A DNA stretch of 64,000 nucleotides. It comes from Octopus sinensis. Lineage: Eukaryota. Each line of letters begins with the position of its first letter. Within the stretch, counting starts at the first letter, position 1. Position numbers and translations under genes: made by a program. Below the pieces are notes generated by a model. That model was not told the DNA's origin. It saw only the letters and a list, made by a program, of their open reading frames with translations, and did no database searches. Of this stretch, positions 41,647 to 55,565 are shown in pieces. Location of the stretch: contig NC_043014.1 in NCBI RefSeq assembly GCF_006345805.1, positions 29,574,001-29,638,000 of the forward strand, read 5' to 3'.

Positions 41647-42142
41647 CCGTAAATCCTCTAGTATAATCCGCATTTTTTCCCCAACATTTTAAAGGTCAAA
41701 ATCCCTAGTGCGTACTATATACGAGGTTAAAAATAAAAATTATTTTCTAAGCAATGTCTGAGTCTCTATTTGCTGTCCGGCAATATTTATATAGACACAT
41801 TTTGTGATGCCGGGTGCGAAAATACCTTAAACTAAGCCTGAAAGCAATGAAGTCATAAAAGAATCATCCATAACTTGCAGTAAGCAACATTTATTAAACG
41901 TTATTACTGTTATTTCTTTATTTTCTGCAAACAAAATGCACAAAAAAGCTACACGTTTGCATTATGTTATATATACAATAATAATAAAGGACGTTACCGT
42001 ATACATTTTTACAAACCAAGGACGTTATATAGACCTCCTTGACTCAAGTTAGAGAAGGGGTGCGTATTATATACAAGGTTTAGGTTTTTCAGAGGTACAG
42101 CCCCCTAAAAATTCCCTGTGTATTATACTCAAGGATTTACGG
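41647..42142. mobile_element. Tc1/mariner-superfamily MITE (496 bp, TA target duplication)
   Basis: TIRs TA|ccgtaaatcctctagtataatccgca and tgtgtattatactcaaggatttacgg|TA; no ORF. Confidence 0.88.
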
Positions 42143-42999
42143 TATATATATATAAGAACAGTTCCCACATATCTCTTTTATATATGAAACCTCTTTCTTG
42201 ACTTCCTTAATTTCACTGACCATCTCCACCTTGACTGACTCTTGCAGTTACCTCAACTCCATCTTCTCTCACACTTCTTCCTCTCCTTGTTCCTTTACTA
42301 TGTCTGCAGTTGAAGCCAAAGCTTTGTGACTTGGGGTCAACACACATTCAAGTGATTTACTGGCATACATATTCACCTACACTGTACCATGCTGCTCTCA
42401 CATCCTGCCATTACTCCCCAATAAACTGCCTCCTTTCTGCTGACCTAACATTCCACCTTTTAGCTGACCATCCTTCATCTCCAAACTAGAACTTATGACT
42501 TTCAGCTTTTGCTTTCTTTAACTTCTCCCCACTCACTGTGCACTATGCAGATTCTTACTCTGCCATGGTCCTCAACACCATACTTGTCCATTATTCTTAG
42601 CACCTCAACAGCTGAGCTTTACTCAGCTGGGACTCTTTCTAGTATCATCTATAGGCTTCAGTGCTTCTTCTTATTGGTCGGATATGTTGCTGACTAACAG
42701 ACAAATTTGAAAAACAATTTATGAATTGGCTATGAGTTACCACACTTGTTACACTGTCCACTCAACCAGCACCTAAATGTTGGGTATAGTCATCTTCATC
42801 ATCATTTTACATATGTTTTCCATGTTGGCATGAGATAGATGTCTTGACAGGAACTGGCAAGTCAGAAGGCTGCAGCAAGCCCTGCTGTCTGTTTTGGCAT
42901 GGTTTCTAAAGCTGGACGTTCCTCCTAATGCCAACCACTTTACAGAGTGTACTGGGTACTAAAAGAAAGTATGTGTATGTGTGTGTGTGTTTTTATATT

Positions 43000-43031
<32 letters not shown>

Positions 43032-43116
43032 CACACACGTACTTGGAAATGGATGTGTGGCATTCAATTAAGTAATAATAATAAATAATATATGTGTGTT
43101 TGTGTATATGTATATA

Positions 43117-43407
43117 CTTTATTTAAAAGCAGCAGAAATTTAACAAAAGCTGTTACTCAGAGTTTCACGTTCCCGTTTGTCGGACAGTTTTGCTAAAATA
43201 GAACCAAGGTGTATCGATTATACTAGTCTTGATCAAATTGTCATCTCGGTTCTATTTTAACAAAACTGTTCGATGAACAGGAACGTGAAACTCCGAGTAA
43301 CAGCTTTTGTTAAATTTCTGCTGCTTTTAAATAAAGCATATTACTCTACCTCTGGTATTTGAGTACTCTTTTTTCCACCTTGTTTCACATTTATGTCTTT
43401 ACTCCGG
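43117..43407 (+). mobile_element. Fold-back PLE terminus (family P2): 89-bp arms each holding an HHR motif, plus a 71-nt tail
   Basis: 43117-43205 is inverted at 43248-43336; HHR motifs at 43150-43187 (-) and 43266-43303 (+). Confidence 0.85.
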
Positions 43408-43774
43408 TATATATGTATATATATATATATATATATATTAGAAGAAATGAGGTAATCAGAAGATCGGATGGTTCATATTTACAGATATTTATTTATATAT
43501 TACATTTTTTACATATATATATCATATCATTCAGATCATATCATTCAGCTCATTAGCGCTTTCTCCCATTCTAGTGGGGTTTTCAAATCAAAATAATTCC
43601 TTTGTGGGGAATTTTAATCATTTTATAGAGTTTCGTAGTGGTGGGGAGGAACAAGACAGCACAAGAGGGTGAAGTGGATGAGGAGGAAGTGAGAGAGAGA
43701 ACATGTGTGTGTGTGTGTGCGTTTGTATCTGAGGCTAAAGAGATCTTTAGCCGACGGTTCCATTCTAGCAAAAA

Positions 43775-43812
43775 CTGTCCGATGAACAGCAACGGGAAAC
43801 TCAGAGTAACAG
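43775..43812 (+). ncRNA. Minimal hammerhead motif, family P2 (CCGATGA core), in a solo terminus 43735-43846
   Basis: CTGT-CCGATGA-(decayed stem II)-GAAAC-TCaGA-GTA-ACAG; consensus with the 43150 and 43266 copies restores stem II as ACG-ggaa-CGT. Confidence 0.65.
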
Positions 43813-44159
43813 GTTTTGTTGAATTTTCTGCTGCTTTTAAATAAAGTATATATATATATATATATTATATATATATATATATATATAAATATAGTGTGGG
43901 GGTAACGGGGTAACATTACCCCATTTGGAAACATATGAGGGTTAGTATCAAGAAGGGTACCCTGTCATAGAAAACCTGTTACACAAACCTGCACAAGTGT
44001 ATATACATTGTTTTTTCAATCCCATCACTCATCACCTTGGGCAGTGTCATCTACTATACCCTCTGGCTGACTAAAGGCTTGTGAGTGAATTTGTTAGGTA
44101 GAAATTTTGTTGTGTGTATATGTGTGTGTGTAAGGGCTTGTGTTCCTGAAACAAGGGGA

Positions 44160-44465
44160 TTATCATCATCATCATCATCATTTAACGTCAGCTTTCCATG
44201 CTGGCATGAGTTGGATGGTTTGACTGAGGATTGGCAAGCCAGAAGGCTACACCAGGCTCCAGTCTGATCTGGCAAAGTTTCTACAGTTGGATGCACTTCC
44301 TAACGTCAGCCACTCCTAGAGTGTACTGGGTGCTTTTTATGTGGGCCAGTCAGGCAGTACTGGCATTGACCACACTCGAATGGTGCTTTTTACGTGCCAC
44401 TGGCACAGGACCAGTCAGGCGGCACTGGCATCGACCATGTTTGTATGGTGCATTTTACATGCCAC
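44160..44465 (-). mobile_element. SINE-like repeat with RTE-type (GAT)n tail
   Basis: catcatcatcatttaacgtcagctttccatgctggcatg...ggatgcacttcctaacg; related copies at about 42810-42960, 57120-57300 (-) and 27800-27990 (+). Confidence 0.75.
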
Positions 44466-45722
44466 CGAGATATATATATATATATATATATTTACACACA
44501 TGCACACATGATGCTCATTTATATCTGTTGCATGATGTTAACACATGCACTCATATGCATAGGTGTATGAGTTTGTGCATATGTCTACATGTTTTGACAT
44601 CGTGTGATACTTGTAAAGGAGCATTATTGTCGTACAAGTAGGTTCTCTTATATCCAGTCTTTTCTGAAGACCTGTCCAACCATGGTGAAAATATTACCTA
44701 CTTTGAAACAGGAATGGCATCTGAACACAGAAAGTCTACCACAAAATTTTCATCTGATCCATGGAGGCATGATGAAGTGGACCTTAAGCCAATGTGTGTG
44801 CGCACACATGTGCATGCCTTAGCTTGAGTGAAATGGTGTATGATCTTTACATACTTTATTCACATTATGACTGGGTGCTCTGCACTTTGAAGGAAACTGT
44901 ATTTAGGGTTAGCAGTAGTCTGTGCAATAAGCAGTAATATCCTACCTCAAATATGTCTCGGTCTAACCCATACTATCATGGAAAAATGAACTTTAAATAA
45001 ATGAATGTGCGCACACACACACACACACTCTCATTAGACATAGACACTCTCACAGGGTGAATAAAAGTTCATTTACTATTGATATAAGCTGGCTTGTAAT
45101 GAGAGGTCTGTTGTGCTTCTTATTTGTATTGTCTCTTGTTCCCTCTCTCCTGCTTTCATCACTCTTCATGAACCTTCACTACATTCATTGTCTAACCCAC
45201 CACCATCATTGGTTGCCACAGTAAAAGGATGCAAAGATCATGGACTGCTCTGTCGTTCATACTGCCAACTGCCTCGCCCCCCCACCCACTAAAATTGAAT
45301 TAGCTTACCTGGACAGTTGAATTGTAGTTCTGTCAAACTCTGCCATTTTTAGGACAATGAATTCTCTTGCATATTTTGATAATGACGTTTTTTTTTTAAT
45401 TTACAAAACAATATTTATCAACAGATATTTTCATCATAGCAAAGATAGTATTAAGAATATACAAGAAACAACATACAATATAAAATATAAATTTCATATA
45501 TCATTCAAATGAAAGGGACTTCTGAATCATCATTTACATATATGCATACACACATACATAGATTCTTACACGCTGAGGGTTTAAAAAGTCTTTTTAGTGT
45601 TAATATAAACTGGCTAGCAACTAGTCATTTGAGCTTCATTTTAACATGTCATTTACCACCCATATGTATCGCTTTCTCTCTCTCTCTCTCTCTCTCCCCC
45701 TCCCTATATGCATGTGTGTATG

Positions 45723-45756
<34 letters not shown>

Positions 45757-45760
<4 letters not shown>

Positions 45761-45975
45761 TAATCCAAACATGAAAACACGAAGAGAAAACACAACAACG
45801 CAAGGACATGGAACAAATATAGTATTATTGAACGCTCAGGAAGGAAGGGAAGAAGGAGGGTTTAACGTTTTGAGTGGAACTCTTCGTCAGAAACATAGGA
45901 AAAGGAAAGATCCAGAGAAGGGAAGACGGAGGGAAAAAAAATCGCCAACGGTACACACGCGGTCACATTTTGAAT
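45757..45975 (-). mobile_element. PLE-terminus-like repeat with a mutated hammerhead (45860-45894); a second truncated copy lies at about 56020-56120
   Basis: Minus strand GTTT-CTGACGA-a-GAG-ttcca-CTC-AAAAC(G12 to A)-GT-T-AAAC. Confidence 0.6.
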
Positions 45976-45986
45976 ATATATATATA

Positions 45987-46372
45987 GGTGTAGGAGTGGC
46001 TGTATGGTAAGAAGCTTGCTTCCCAACTACATGGTTCCAGGTTCAGTGCTGCTATGTGGCTCCTTGGGCAAGTGTCTTCTACTATAGCCTGAGGCTGACC
46101 AAAGCCTTGTGAGTGGATTTGATAGACGGAAACTGAAAGAAGCCTGTCATGTATATATATATATATATATATATTTTTTATGAATTTGTGTATCTGTATT
46201 TGTCCCACATCATTGCTTGACAACTGATGTTGGTGTGTTTACAGTCCCTGTAGCTTAGCGGTTTGGCAAAAGAGACCAATAGAATAAGTCCTGGGGTTGA
46301 TTTGTTCAACTAAAGGTGATACTCCAGCATGATCGCAGTCAAATGACTGAAACAAGTAAAAGAATAAAAGAA
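45987..46372 (+). mobile_element. Composite SINE, family A
   Basis: Head, internal TA tract and tail as in the other copies. Confidence 0.88.
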
Positions 46373-47168
46373 TATATCTACATTTCAATTACTGTAGTCT
46401 CCAGACAATAACCCATATAACTTTTTGGGGCTTATTTCCAACTGGGATGTTTTTAACCCTGTTCTCTGTTTAATCTTCAACACTAACCCAAAAATCTAAG
46501 CTTTAATTTTGGCCTAAAATACTAATCCATCCCTGACCCAAAACCCTAACCTGATTTTTCATAGAATCATAATCTTCTGTTTAAAACAGAATTCTGAAAA
46601 AAATTTTCAGTAAACAATTAATTGGGAATGTTACAGTCAGGTACATCCTCTCTAATGGAGAGGAGTAAGTATGGAAAAACGTTTGAATTTTTCAAAATTG
46701 CTTTATTTGCAAAATGTTATCTCTGATGGTCAAAACATGGAAATTCCCTACAGTTTTTGAAGGACATGTATACATACACCCTGGAGTAGTTCATAGCTTC
46801 TTTGGGGTAGAAAGCAGTTCCTGTAGACACGTCTTCATTGTGCAACTGTTGATCCACTACAATATTAATCCACTGAGTTGATGTGCATATGGGGTGAAAG
46901 TGTGCATGTGTGTGATGTGGTGTGGTGGTGTGTACATGTGTGTGTGCGTGCGTGCATGCATGCTAGAGAGTGAGACAGAGATAGAGAGAATGCAAAAGAG
47001 AGCCAAGTATGGAGTTAGATGTGGTTATTTGTCTTATAACTGGGACAAAACTACTACCTGTGCCTGAGAATTCAGCAAAGCAGTTTATTTAACACTGTAT
47101 TTCCAGTGTATGTTCATATATGTGTGTGCAAATATTTAAGAGTTTTTATACATAGATGCATGACAGCA

Positions 47169-47213
<45 letters not shown>

Positions 47214-47349
47214 GGAAAAAGAATCTGAAATGCAGGAGTCTCTAAAAGTATTTATTAACTTAACCGTTTCACTTATTTAAAAAGATTTTCAAATGTAAAG
47301 TATGAAGCTTTGTGTATCCTCTGTGGTGTCAAAAATTCTTTGCGTGTCC

Positions 47350-47760
47350 TCTATGATGAGTCAAAAAATAGTTTACATAAAAACATTCAGATCAGGTAAT
47401 AAAATTTTTTACTATGATAAGAAGAGAAAAATTAGTTTACATAAATATATCAAAATCAAGTAATAGAGTCTTTGACAAGAAGATGAAACCTGTCTGGTTT
47501 GTCAATCAGTGGATGTTAACGTTTTAGTCTCACTGTTATCAGAAACCATAATTGTTTGCAGCAGATTAAATTGAAAAGAAGGTGAGTAGAGAAATAACAA
47601 ACCATTTGTAGTTCTCGGATCTGGCTGTAGAGTCACACATTTGGATGGAATTCAACAGTTTCCGCAATTTTATAGAGAAATGGTGGCTCAAAATTCCCTT
47701 CTTTTTAAGAAACAACATGGTTAGTTGATGGCACATGATCAAAAGATGGTTCTGTTTCTA
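47350..47760 (+). pseudogene. Highly degenerate mariner N-terminal remnant
   Basis: FRSGN, EDE-RSG-P-like and WLPHDL-like traces. Confidence 0.45.
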
Positions 47761-48521
47761 AAAATAGGTGGCTTAGAATTACTTTCTCTTTAAAAACAGT
47801 GTGGGTGGTTGATGGATCTCAGGAATTTTACCTGTCCTAGATGTATTTATATATATATGAATGTAGTGGTGTTGCACTCATGCACGTTGTTGCACTCATG
47901 ATCATAAGATTGTGGTTTTGATTCCTAGACCAGGTAATGCATTGTGTTCTTGAGCAAAATACTTCCTTTTACATGATTCCAGTTCACGCAGCTGGCAAAA
48001 CTAAGTAATCCTGTTATGGAGTTGCTTCCCATCCATGGTGGGTGGAGGGGTAGGTTAATACATACGCCACGGAAACTAGGAAGGATCTTTAATCCATTTG
48101 TGCATGTATGTGCATCTTTGTTCATGCATACATGTAGACATACATGAAGCAAGTTGGTTAAATGTCTACCTAGAACTACTGTTTCATTACTCAACCACAA
48201 CTATTTGTCAGATTTTGGTGTTATTCTATGAATTTTAATATCATTCTCCACTCTCACTTTGAAACTTGTGTTAAGGTAACAAACATACACACAGATATAC
48301 AAACATACACGCACACATGCATACAAACATACATAAACACATATACTGCTAAAATTGGCTTCTCAAAGCATGTTAACTACACAAACCTATTAAAGTAGCA
48401 CATAAAAATTTCTACTCCCACTTTGTGTTGTGAGGAGATAGTCACCTTGCATTAATGGGAATATCCAGAGGGCACAACTTGTGTGTGTGTGTATATATAC
48501 ACACACATACTCACTCACACT

Positions 48522-48553
<32 letters not shown>

Positions 48554-48899
48554 GAGAGAGGGAAAGAAGGAGAGAGATAGTTAAATTCTATATGGTCATC
48601 CCATAAATAATCTGGTTTTTCCAATTGCTTGAACTAAAAGTTGGATGGGGATGGGATAAACTACCTGCATCAACTTGCTATAAAAGCAGGTAATAATTTT
48701 ACCTTGTTCTTATATTTAGTGCAAGTTTTGAAGAATGCAGTTTGATTTTAACAGTTATTTTTTCAAAGCTATACTGGAAGTAACAAAGGAATATATTTGG
48801 CATATTTTGTTTTATGAGTTCAATAAAGGCAACAAGGCGAGGAATATTAATGCAGTATATCAGCTAACTAATCCAATTGTGATACCACTTCCATAATGG

Positions 48900-49240
48900 C
48901 TACACATGTCTTCTGGTCATAAAAATTATGAAAAAGTGACAATGTGCACCCCTGCTGACTTCCAGCAGCCACTTTAAAAGTTTCACCTTAGCATCATTTA
49001 CCCAAACCCACCATTCATATAGTGATTTCATGGTAACCAGAAGTCCGTTAATCCCAAACTCCTTCAAAGCCCTCCACAACATGTCCTGCAGAATGCAGTC
49101 ATATGTCTTTTCAAGGTCTACAAAGCAAGCATACACCTCTTGGCAATATTCCTCCAATTTCTCATGTACAGTGAATATTTGGTTGATTGCACTGCATCCA
49201 GGATGAAAGCCACTTTTTTCTTGATCAAACAATCCTACTA
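48900..49240 (-). mobile_element. RTE-clade LINE reverse transcriptase fragment
   Basis: QEKSGFHPGCSAINQIFTV...VYACFVDLEKTYDC...LWRALKEFG. Confidence 0.9.
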
Positions 49241-50477
49241 AGAGCTAGACTGTTTCATGGGGCCAGGAACAATAAAGACTGGACTCAGACTCATCATTCA
49301 GGGCATATTGTGTGTGTATGTGTGCATGTTCAGAATACATTTGATATGCCTTCCAACATTACAGATAGTGTATGCATGTGAAGTGTTGTTTCCAATCTTT
49401 CATGTAAATAAGTCTGGTCTTGGGGAGATATTACCTTACTTGGAAACAGGTGAAAGTTGGCAACAGGAAGGGCATCTGGTCATAAAAATATGTCTCAGTA
49501 CATTCTTTCCCAAACATGTGTACATGGAAAAGTGGATCAACACACATCCATATGCAAACCATATATGCACATAATAAACACAGACACATATTTTGACTAA
49601 TAATACAAACCCCCAATGTGTGAATGCCCTCACTGCTGCTATCCCTCTACAAAATATAAATAAATGTGTATATGCCTATATATGCGAGTAATGCCCACAT
49701 GTACACGAACACATACATCCATATATCAATTGAATATCCAATTTCATACATGCATATTTGTAAGCACACACACTGTTAAACTCAAGTTAACTTAAGCAAA
49801 CACACAGATTGTCACTATCTACACATCTCTACAGATCCATAGATATATTTGCAGGCACACACACACACACACACTCACAACATCAACATTAGCCACAACA
49901 CTACCTTCACTAATTTATATACTCGCCAAATCAAAGCCCACACGTGTACACATATATACTTACTAACACATGAATACACCCTATAGACTTAGCCCATGCA
50001 CAAATACACAACAAAAGACATGCATTCATTAAGCAATTTCTCAATCCTTAAACATATACTTTAATGACCATCCTGTAACACACACATGCCCCCTCCCACA
50101 CTTAACTCCAAGGACTGTGATATATCTTTTTCCAAAGCTTCTCTTTATCCCATTTTTTAAATTTATCTATTTATTTCAGATTACTTTTTCTGTCTTTCTG
50201 CATACATGTCTGACAACAAGGCTTACAACCAATTTTACCCAAAAACTAGCACACTCATATATACACTCATAAATACATACTCACCTGTATTCCCATACAT
50301 ATATGCACATCCATAATAAACACCCACCCTGTATATACCTCCACAAACTCACACTAACCAACCCAGCATAAAATACCACTATGGAACTAAAATAAACACA
50401 CACATACAAACACAGAAGCATTAGAACCAACCATAAGCCAAAATACTGTCATTGGTCAAAATTAACCAAAACATACC

Positions 50478-50512
<35 letters not shown>

Positions 50513-50789
50513 ACATGTTTGTGTGATTGCTCACATTAAAATATGAAGCACCAGACAGATCTAACTAATTAGCATGTTGTGGACATGTATAAATGCACAC
50601 GTAATATGCTTCTGGTGATCTGAGTCTAGTCATTATTGTCACTTGATTCATTAAGCTAATATGAGCTCTACATATGGCCTTTTGCTCTTTATAAAGATAT
50701 TTCCTCAATCCAACACGTGTATTGAATCCTCATTTGGCTATATTTTTCTCAGCTCCATACTGGCCTTATTCCACACATATGCATACAAA

Positions 50790-51885
50790 CATATATATCA
50801 ATTAATTCCATAAGTAATGTTTGAAATTTAATATCTGTAAGTCTGACCATGTGCCGTTGTCAAGTAGTAATTTATGAATTAGCCATTATGCTAAAGACGG
50901 ACATGTCCATGGGCCATTTCTGAGTTCACAGAATGCAATAATGCAGCAGAAGTAATTCGAAATATTCATGATGTTTATGGGAAAAAACTATTAAAATGAA
51001 AGAACTGGTTGAAAAAAGTTTGAAAGGTTTAGGAAAGGTGAGTCAGCTTAACAAGATGTCCCATGAATAGGTGCTCCTGTTCAGTTTAACAAGGACCTGC
51101 TTTTGTCATAACTTAATTGAAATAGTGTTATAGTTGAAGAATTAGCCCGGAAGTTGAATTCAAGTCATTCAACAATTCACCAGTATCTACAATACCTTGA
51201 AAAGGTGCTTAAACTGGGAAAATAGGTTCCCTTTAATTTCACAACCATGCAGCTCAAGTTGACATTTGTACTTTTCTACTCTTATGTACACTTGTCACCA
51301 TTTTTGGACAGTTTATTATGAAAAAGATATCTTTTATAAGAATGTTAAGTGATGCAAACAATGGCTTTGTGAAGGTGAAATGGCTAAACAACAACCCCAA
51401 AAGACCTCCATCTAAGAAAGTGTTGGTCAGAGTTTGATGAAATTATATTGGTGTGATTCACTTTAAGCTGTTACTAAACAATTACATGCTCTGAAGGTAA
51501 AGAGGCCTATGTCGGTGAAACACAAATCCATCAAGATAATTCAGTCTCTAACAGCAAAGATTACATGTGAAAAGATGGAAAACCTCATCCAGGAAAATAT
51601 TCTACAACCTTCTTATTCACTGATTACTGCCTATTTTGGAGTTTATACAATCACCTTGATGGAGAAGTTCTTAAAACATATGAAAAAGTGGAATCTACCC
51701 TCTCCAAATTTCTTTTTGGCAAACCCCACAAAATTTTACGCAAATAGCATAAAGAAGCATATGCTTGCTGCAAGGAGGACATTGATAATCATATTGTGTT
51801 AATGAATTTTAATAAAATATGAAATTTAGAGATCTTTTCTTTCTTACCAAATATTCAGACAATTTTTATGGGATGAGTTTATATA
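50790..51885 (+). mobile_element. Near full-length degenerate mariner element (about 1.1 kb)
   Basis: NAAEVIRNIHDVYG, VEELARKL-SHSTIHQYL, KLGK*VP, WLCEGE, HQDN and PSYSL-DY-LF motifs; decayed TIRs bounded by TA. Confidence 0.88.
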
Positions 51886-54800
51886 TATAAATATGTGTAT
51901 ATATGTATACACACACACATACACACATACATCATGTTGAACTGTTAGTCCCTACACATTCTTTCCTATCTCTGTTTTCTTCATTATCTCTCCATGTTTT
52001 CCTCTCATATAACAGGTAACTTTGGAAGTATATGTTTGCAATCACGGGTAATATCATAAAACATAGCATACATAACTGTAATTGTAATTTAACTTTTATC
52101 AACTTTTTTCATGCTTATACAAAATCATGAAATGAATACTAATTTTCAAAAGAAAAATATTTATTGCCTTAAAATAAAATCAAATAAAGCAAAACAATGA
52201 CATATTAATTTTTAATGTGTTCTAGCAGATTCAAACAGGAATATGCTAATCACAGTTATATTTTGTCTACAAAACAACTTCAACTCATTATTCATTTGCA
52301 TAGCTTCTCCCATAAATACTCTGTCATTTACTTCATCTCCTCTTTCTGTCTGTATTTTTCTTTCTCTCATTATGTGTATAGCATTCTTTTACTCAGTGTG
52401 TGGCACTAGCTATTATTGTATAGAGATTCTTATCACCTTTACCAAACTTCTATTTATCATCGACTACTCCTCCACCCTTGATTACCATTCACTACATTCA
52501 CCTCTTGCTCCATCTATAACCATTTCTCAACTCCTCACACATTCTAGTATATGGAAAGCACACTTTGTCACCACCATTTTTATCTATCTTTCCAGCTCCA
52601 CCTCAATTACTGCAACCCATACTTATATAACATGGGGCAGCAAGGTATCTCTTCAATAGCAAGAACCTGTTTCTGATCTGTTTATCATATTCTAATCTCT
52701 CAAACACCTAACATAATGTTACCTCCCCTCTATTATATTCACACTCAGTTGAGGTGACTCTTAAGTCTTGTGAGTTACATGGTGATCTCATTAGTACTGG
52801 TGCCACATAGAAAGCACCTTGTTTGTAAGAGAGAGCATCCATCCACAGAAACCATACCAAAGTGGACATTGAGACATTGGAGCACAACACATTCCTCCAA
52901 CTTTCTAATGGCTTTCTAAAAACTTAAACATCTTTTGGTTTTAATTCTCCTCTGTCTGCTTTAGAATTACACATCTGTACTTCTCACCTCTCTTCCATTC
53001 TCCATTGTAGTCTAAGCCCCACCCCTCCAACCCCTTTGCACTTCACTCCACCATCTACACCATACCCCTCGTTTGCCTCCACACCCTTCATACAGCTATT
53101 TACCTGCTGTTTTGTAGATTTTACATGCACACACACACACACACACACTTTTTGACCATACTTGTCCCCATTTGTGCCCACTTGTTGCTACTTCTTGACT
53201 TCTGCTGATTTAACTTCCTTCTAATACTAACACATTCAGCCATGTTTATACCATTCAGCCACTTTCTTCATCTTTTGTCCATTCTATAAAAAAATTTTAA
53301 AAAACCCCAACAAAATAACAAATAATCACTTTTTTCTCTTCCATTGGTCATTCTCCATTACTTCAGTAACATGTAGACCACACTCCTATATTCTTGCATC
53401 AATGGTATTTCACCTCCTTGGACTTTTATTCCTTCTCCTCAGACTTTTACCATCTTGAACTTTTAATCTCATCTGGGAATTCTTGGAATTTTACCATCCC
53501 AAACACTTTGGATTTCTTCTATTTTGTGTTGGATTTTCAGTTTCTTGAACTTTCAGTCTTTTACTCTTAGCTTCACAGCTACACACCCGAAAAAATGTTT
53601 TCCCTCTCCTACATACTGTTCTTTATGTATATACATGCACAAAATGCTGTTTACCTTCAGCTGTTCTACAGTGCTTCATCAATACCTTTAATCACATACT
53701 GCTAATTTCTCTCCCACTAACTAATGCAACCAAATTAACACACCTCTACACATCTGTATACATTCATGCACCCTACCAACACACAGCCTACACTATTTCC
53801 CTGTCCTAACTCCCCCATAGAATAACTTTTCTCTCTTATTTTCAGACCTTCTTCCTCTGCATTTTTTTTTCTTCTCTTATTCTGAATTTAAAAAAAAAAA
53901 AAAATTTTATCACTGCACTCACTATTTCTGACTCCCTATATTTCTCTCTCTTTTCTGATGAAAGACTAACATGCAAAATATTACAACACCTCATTTCAAC
54001 TTTTCAAGCATGTAACTAATACTGTATTCATCATGCTTTGTTCCTTTTGTGTTGTTCTTTCGGTGTGTGTGTGTGTGTCTGCCCACCCTAATGGTTAGAA
54101 TATTGTGCTTGTGATGATAAGATCCTGGGTTTGATTCGTAAACTAGGTAATGCATTGTCTTTGGGCAAGGCACTTCATTTTACATTGTTTTGGTTAACTC
54201 ACCAGGAAAATGAGTACCAACAGTAGCAGTTGGGGGTTAATCTTGTAACAGACTGGCAATTAATTCAGAAGGGAGGATTAGAAACTCAGATAAGCTGGGC
54301 GTAATGAGCCTATAGGCTTGTGACAGACCTCTTTACTTTTTTCACACACACACCCACACATTATGTATGCTATTGCCCATCATTCCTTTCTCATCTTCAC
54401 CCCAATAACTCTGTTTCTACCATTATTCTCTTGCTCCTTTCACCTACCTATTGTGGCCTTTCTGCTATCATCATTCTTTTTTTTTTTTATTTCCTTCTCA
54501 GTCACATTACTTGTACAAAAGTATATTTCTTAGGGTACTGAATGTACACTTACTGTACAAGACATCTCTCTTCTGTGCTGGTACCACAACAAAAGACTTT
54601 ACCCTCTCTCTGAACCCTCTGAAGTAATTGGTGGGCAAGATCCTTTTAATTCTGTCTGATTGTGGACTTCTAATATTAGTGTCATAGAAAATGTATCCTG
54701 TACACTAAAGTGGATGACAAACAACTGGAGAAAGGATAGAATTGAGAGATCCCTTTAATCCTGTCTCATTGAGGACTTGTCAACTGGTACCACAAGAAAA

Positions 54801-55565
54801 TGCACTCAGTGCACTTGGTAAAGTGGCTGGCAATAGGAAACCAAGCTAAAACAACATGTATGAACACTAGTCTATGAGTGCAATAGCTCTCAATAAGAAA
54901 AAAAAACTAATATTGGTATTGATATTGACATTCATATATTAGAAGAGATGGAACACTATTGATGCTTTCGTTATAATGAGATTATTGGGAGAAAACTTTT
55001 TAGGCTCTTAGATTTCTTCATTAGTGTCTGTTGATCTGGAGATGATTTATGACTGACTGTCACAGTGGAGTTTGGTATTCTGTAAAAAACACTTAGAAGT
55101 AGGAAATTTATAAGTAGGAAATATGGGACTCTGCTGCCATGCACAAAATAGCAGTGCTTGATTTACTAAAAATAGGGAATTCATAAGGTGTACTCAGTGT
55201 GATCTATGTGTGGACAAAAGATGTAACAGATTCTTAGTGAATAAAAACATTTGGCAGATGTATATGTGGTTGTGTGAATGTGTGTGTATACATACATAGT
55301 ATTTCCTGTATGTGAGGTTGCTGCATGACTACTGCTTGTGGAGTTTAGAACTCCATATAGAGTATCATCTAGTTCACTTCCAGTAAAGTGGTGAATGTAT
55401 ATGTATATAAATGAGGATAAGATCGTTATCTAAATACCGATCTTATCAGGTGGCCAGCATGGGAATAAAAGCTTTCAAAGGTAATAATTATTATTAAAAT
55501 TATAATTTAGGGTATTTAAGAGATACTACCATGCTGGAAATAGCAGCCAAAACTTGACTCTAAAA

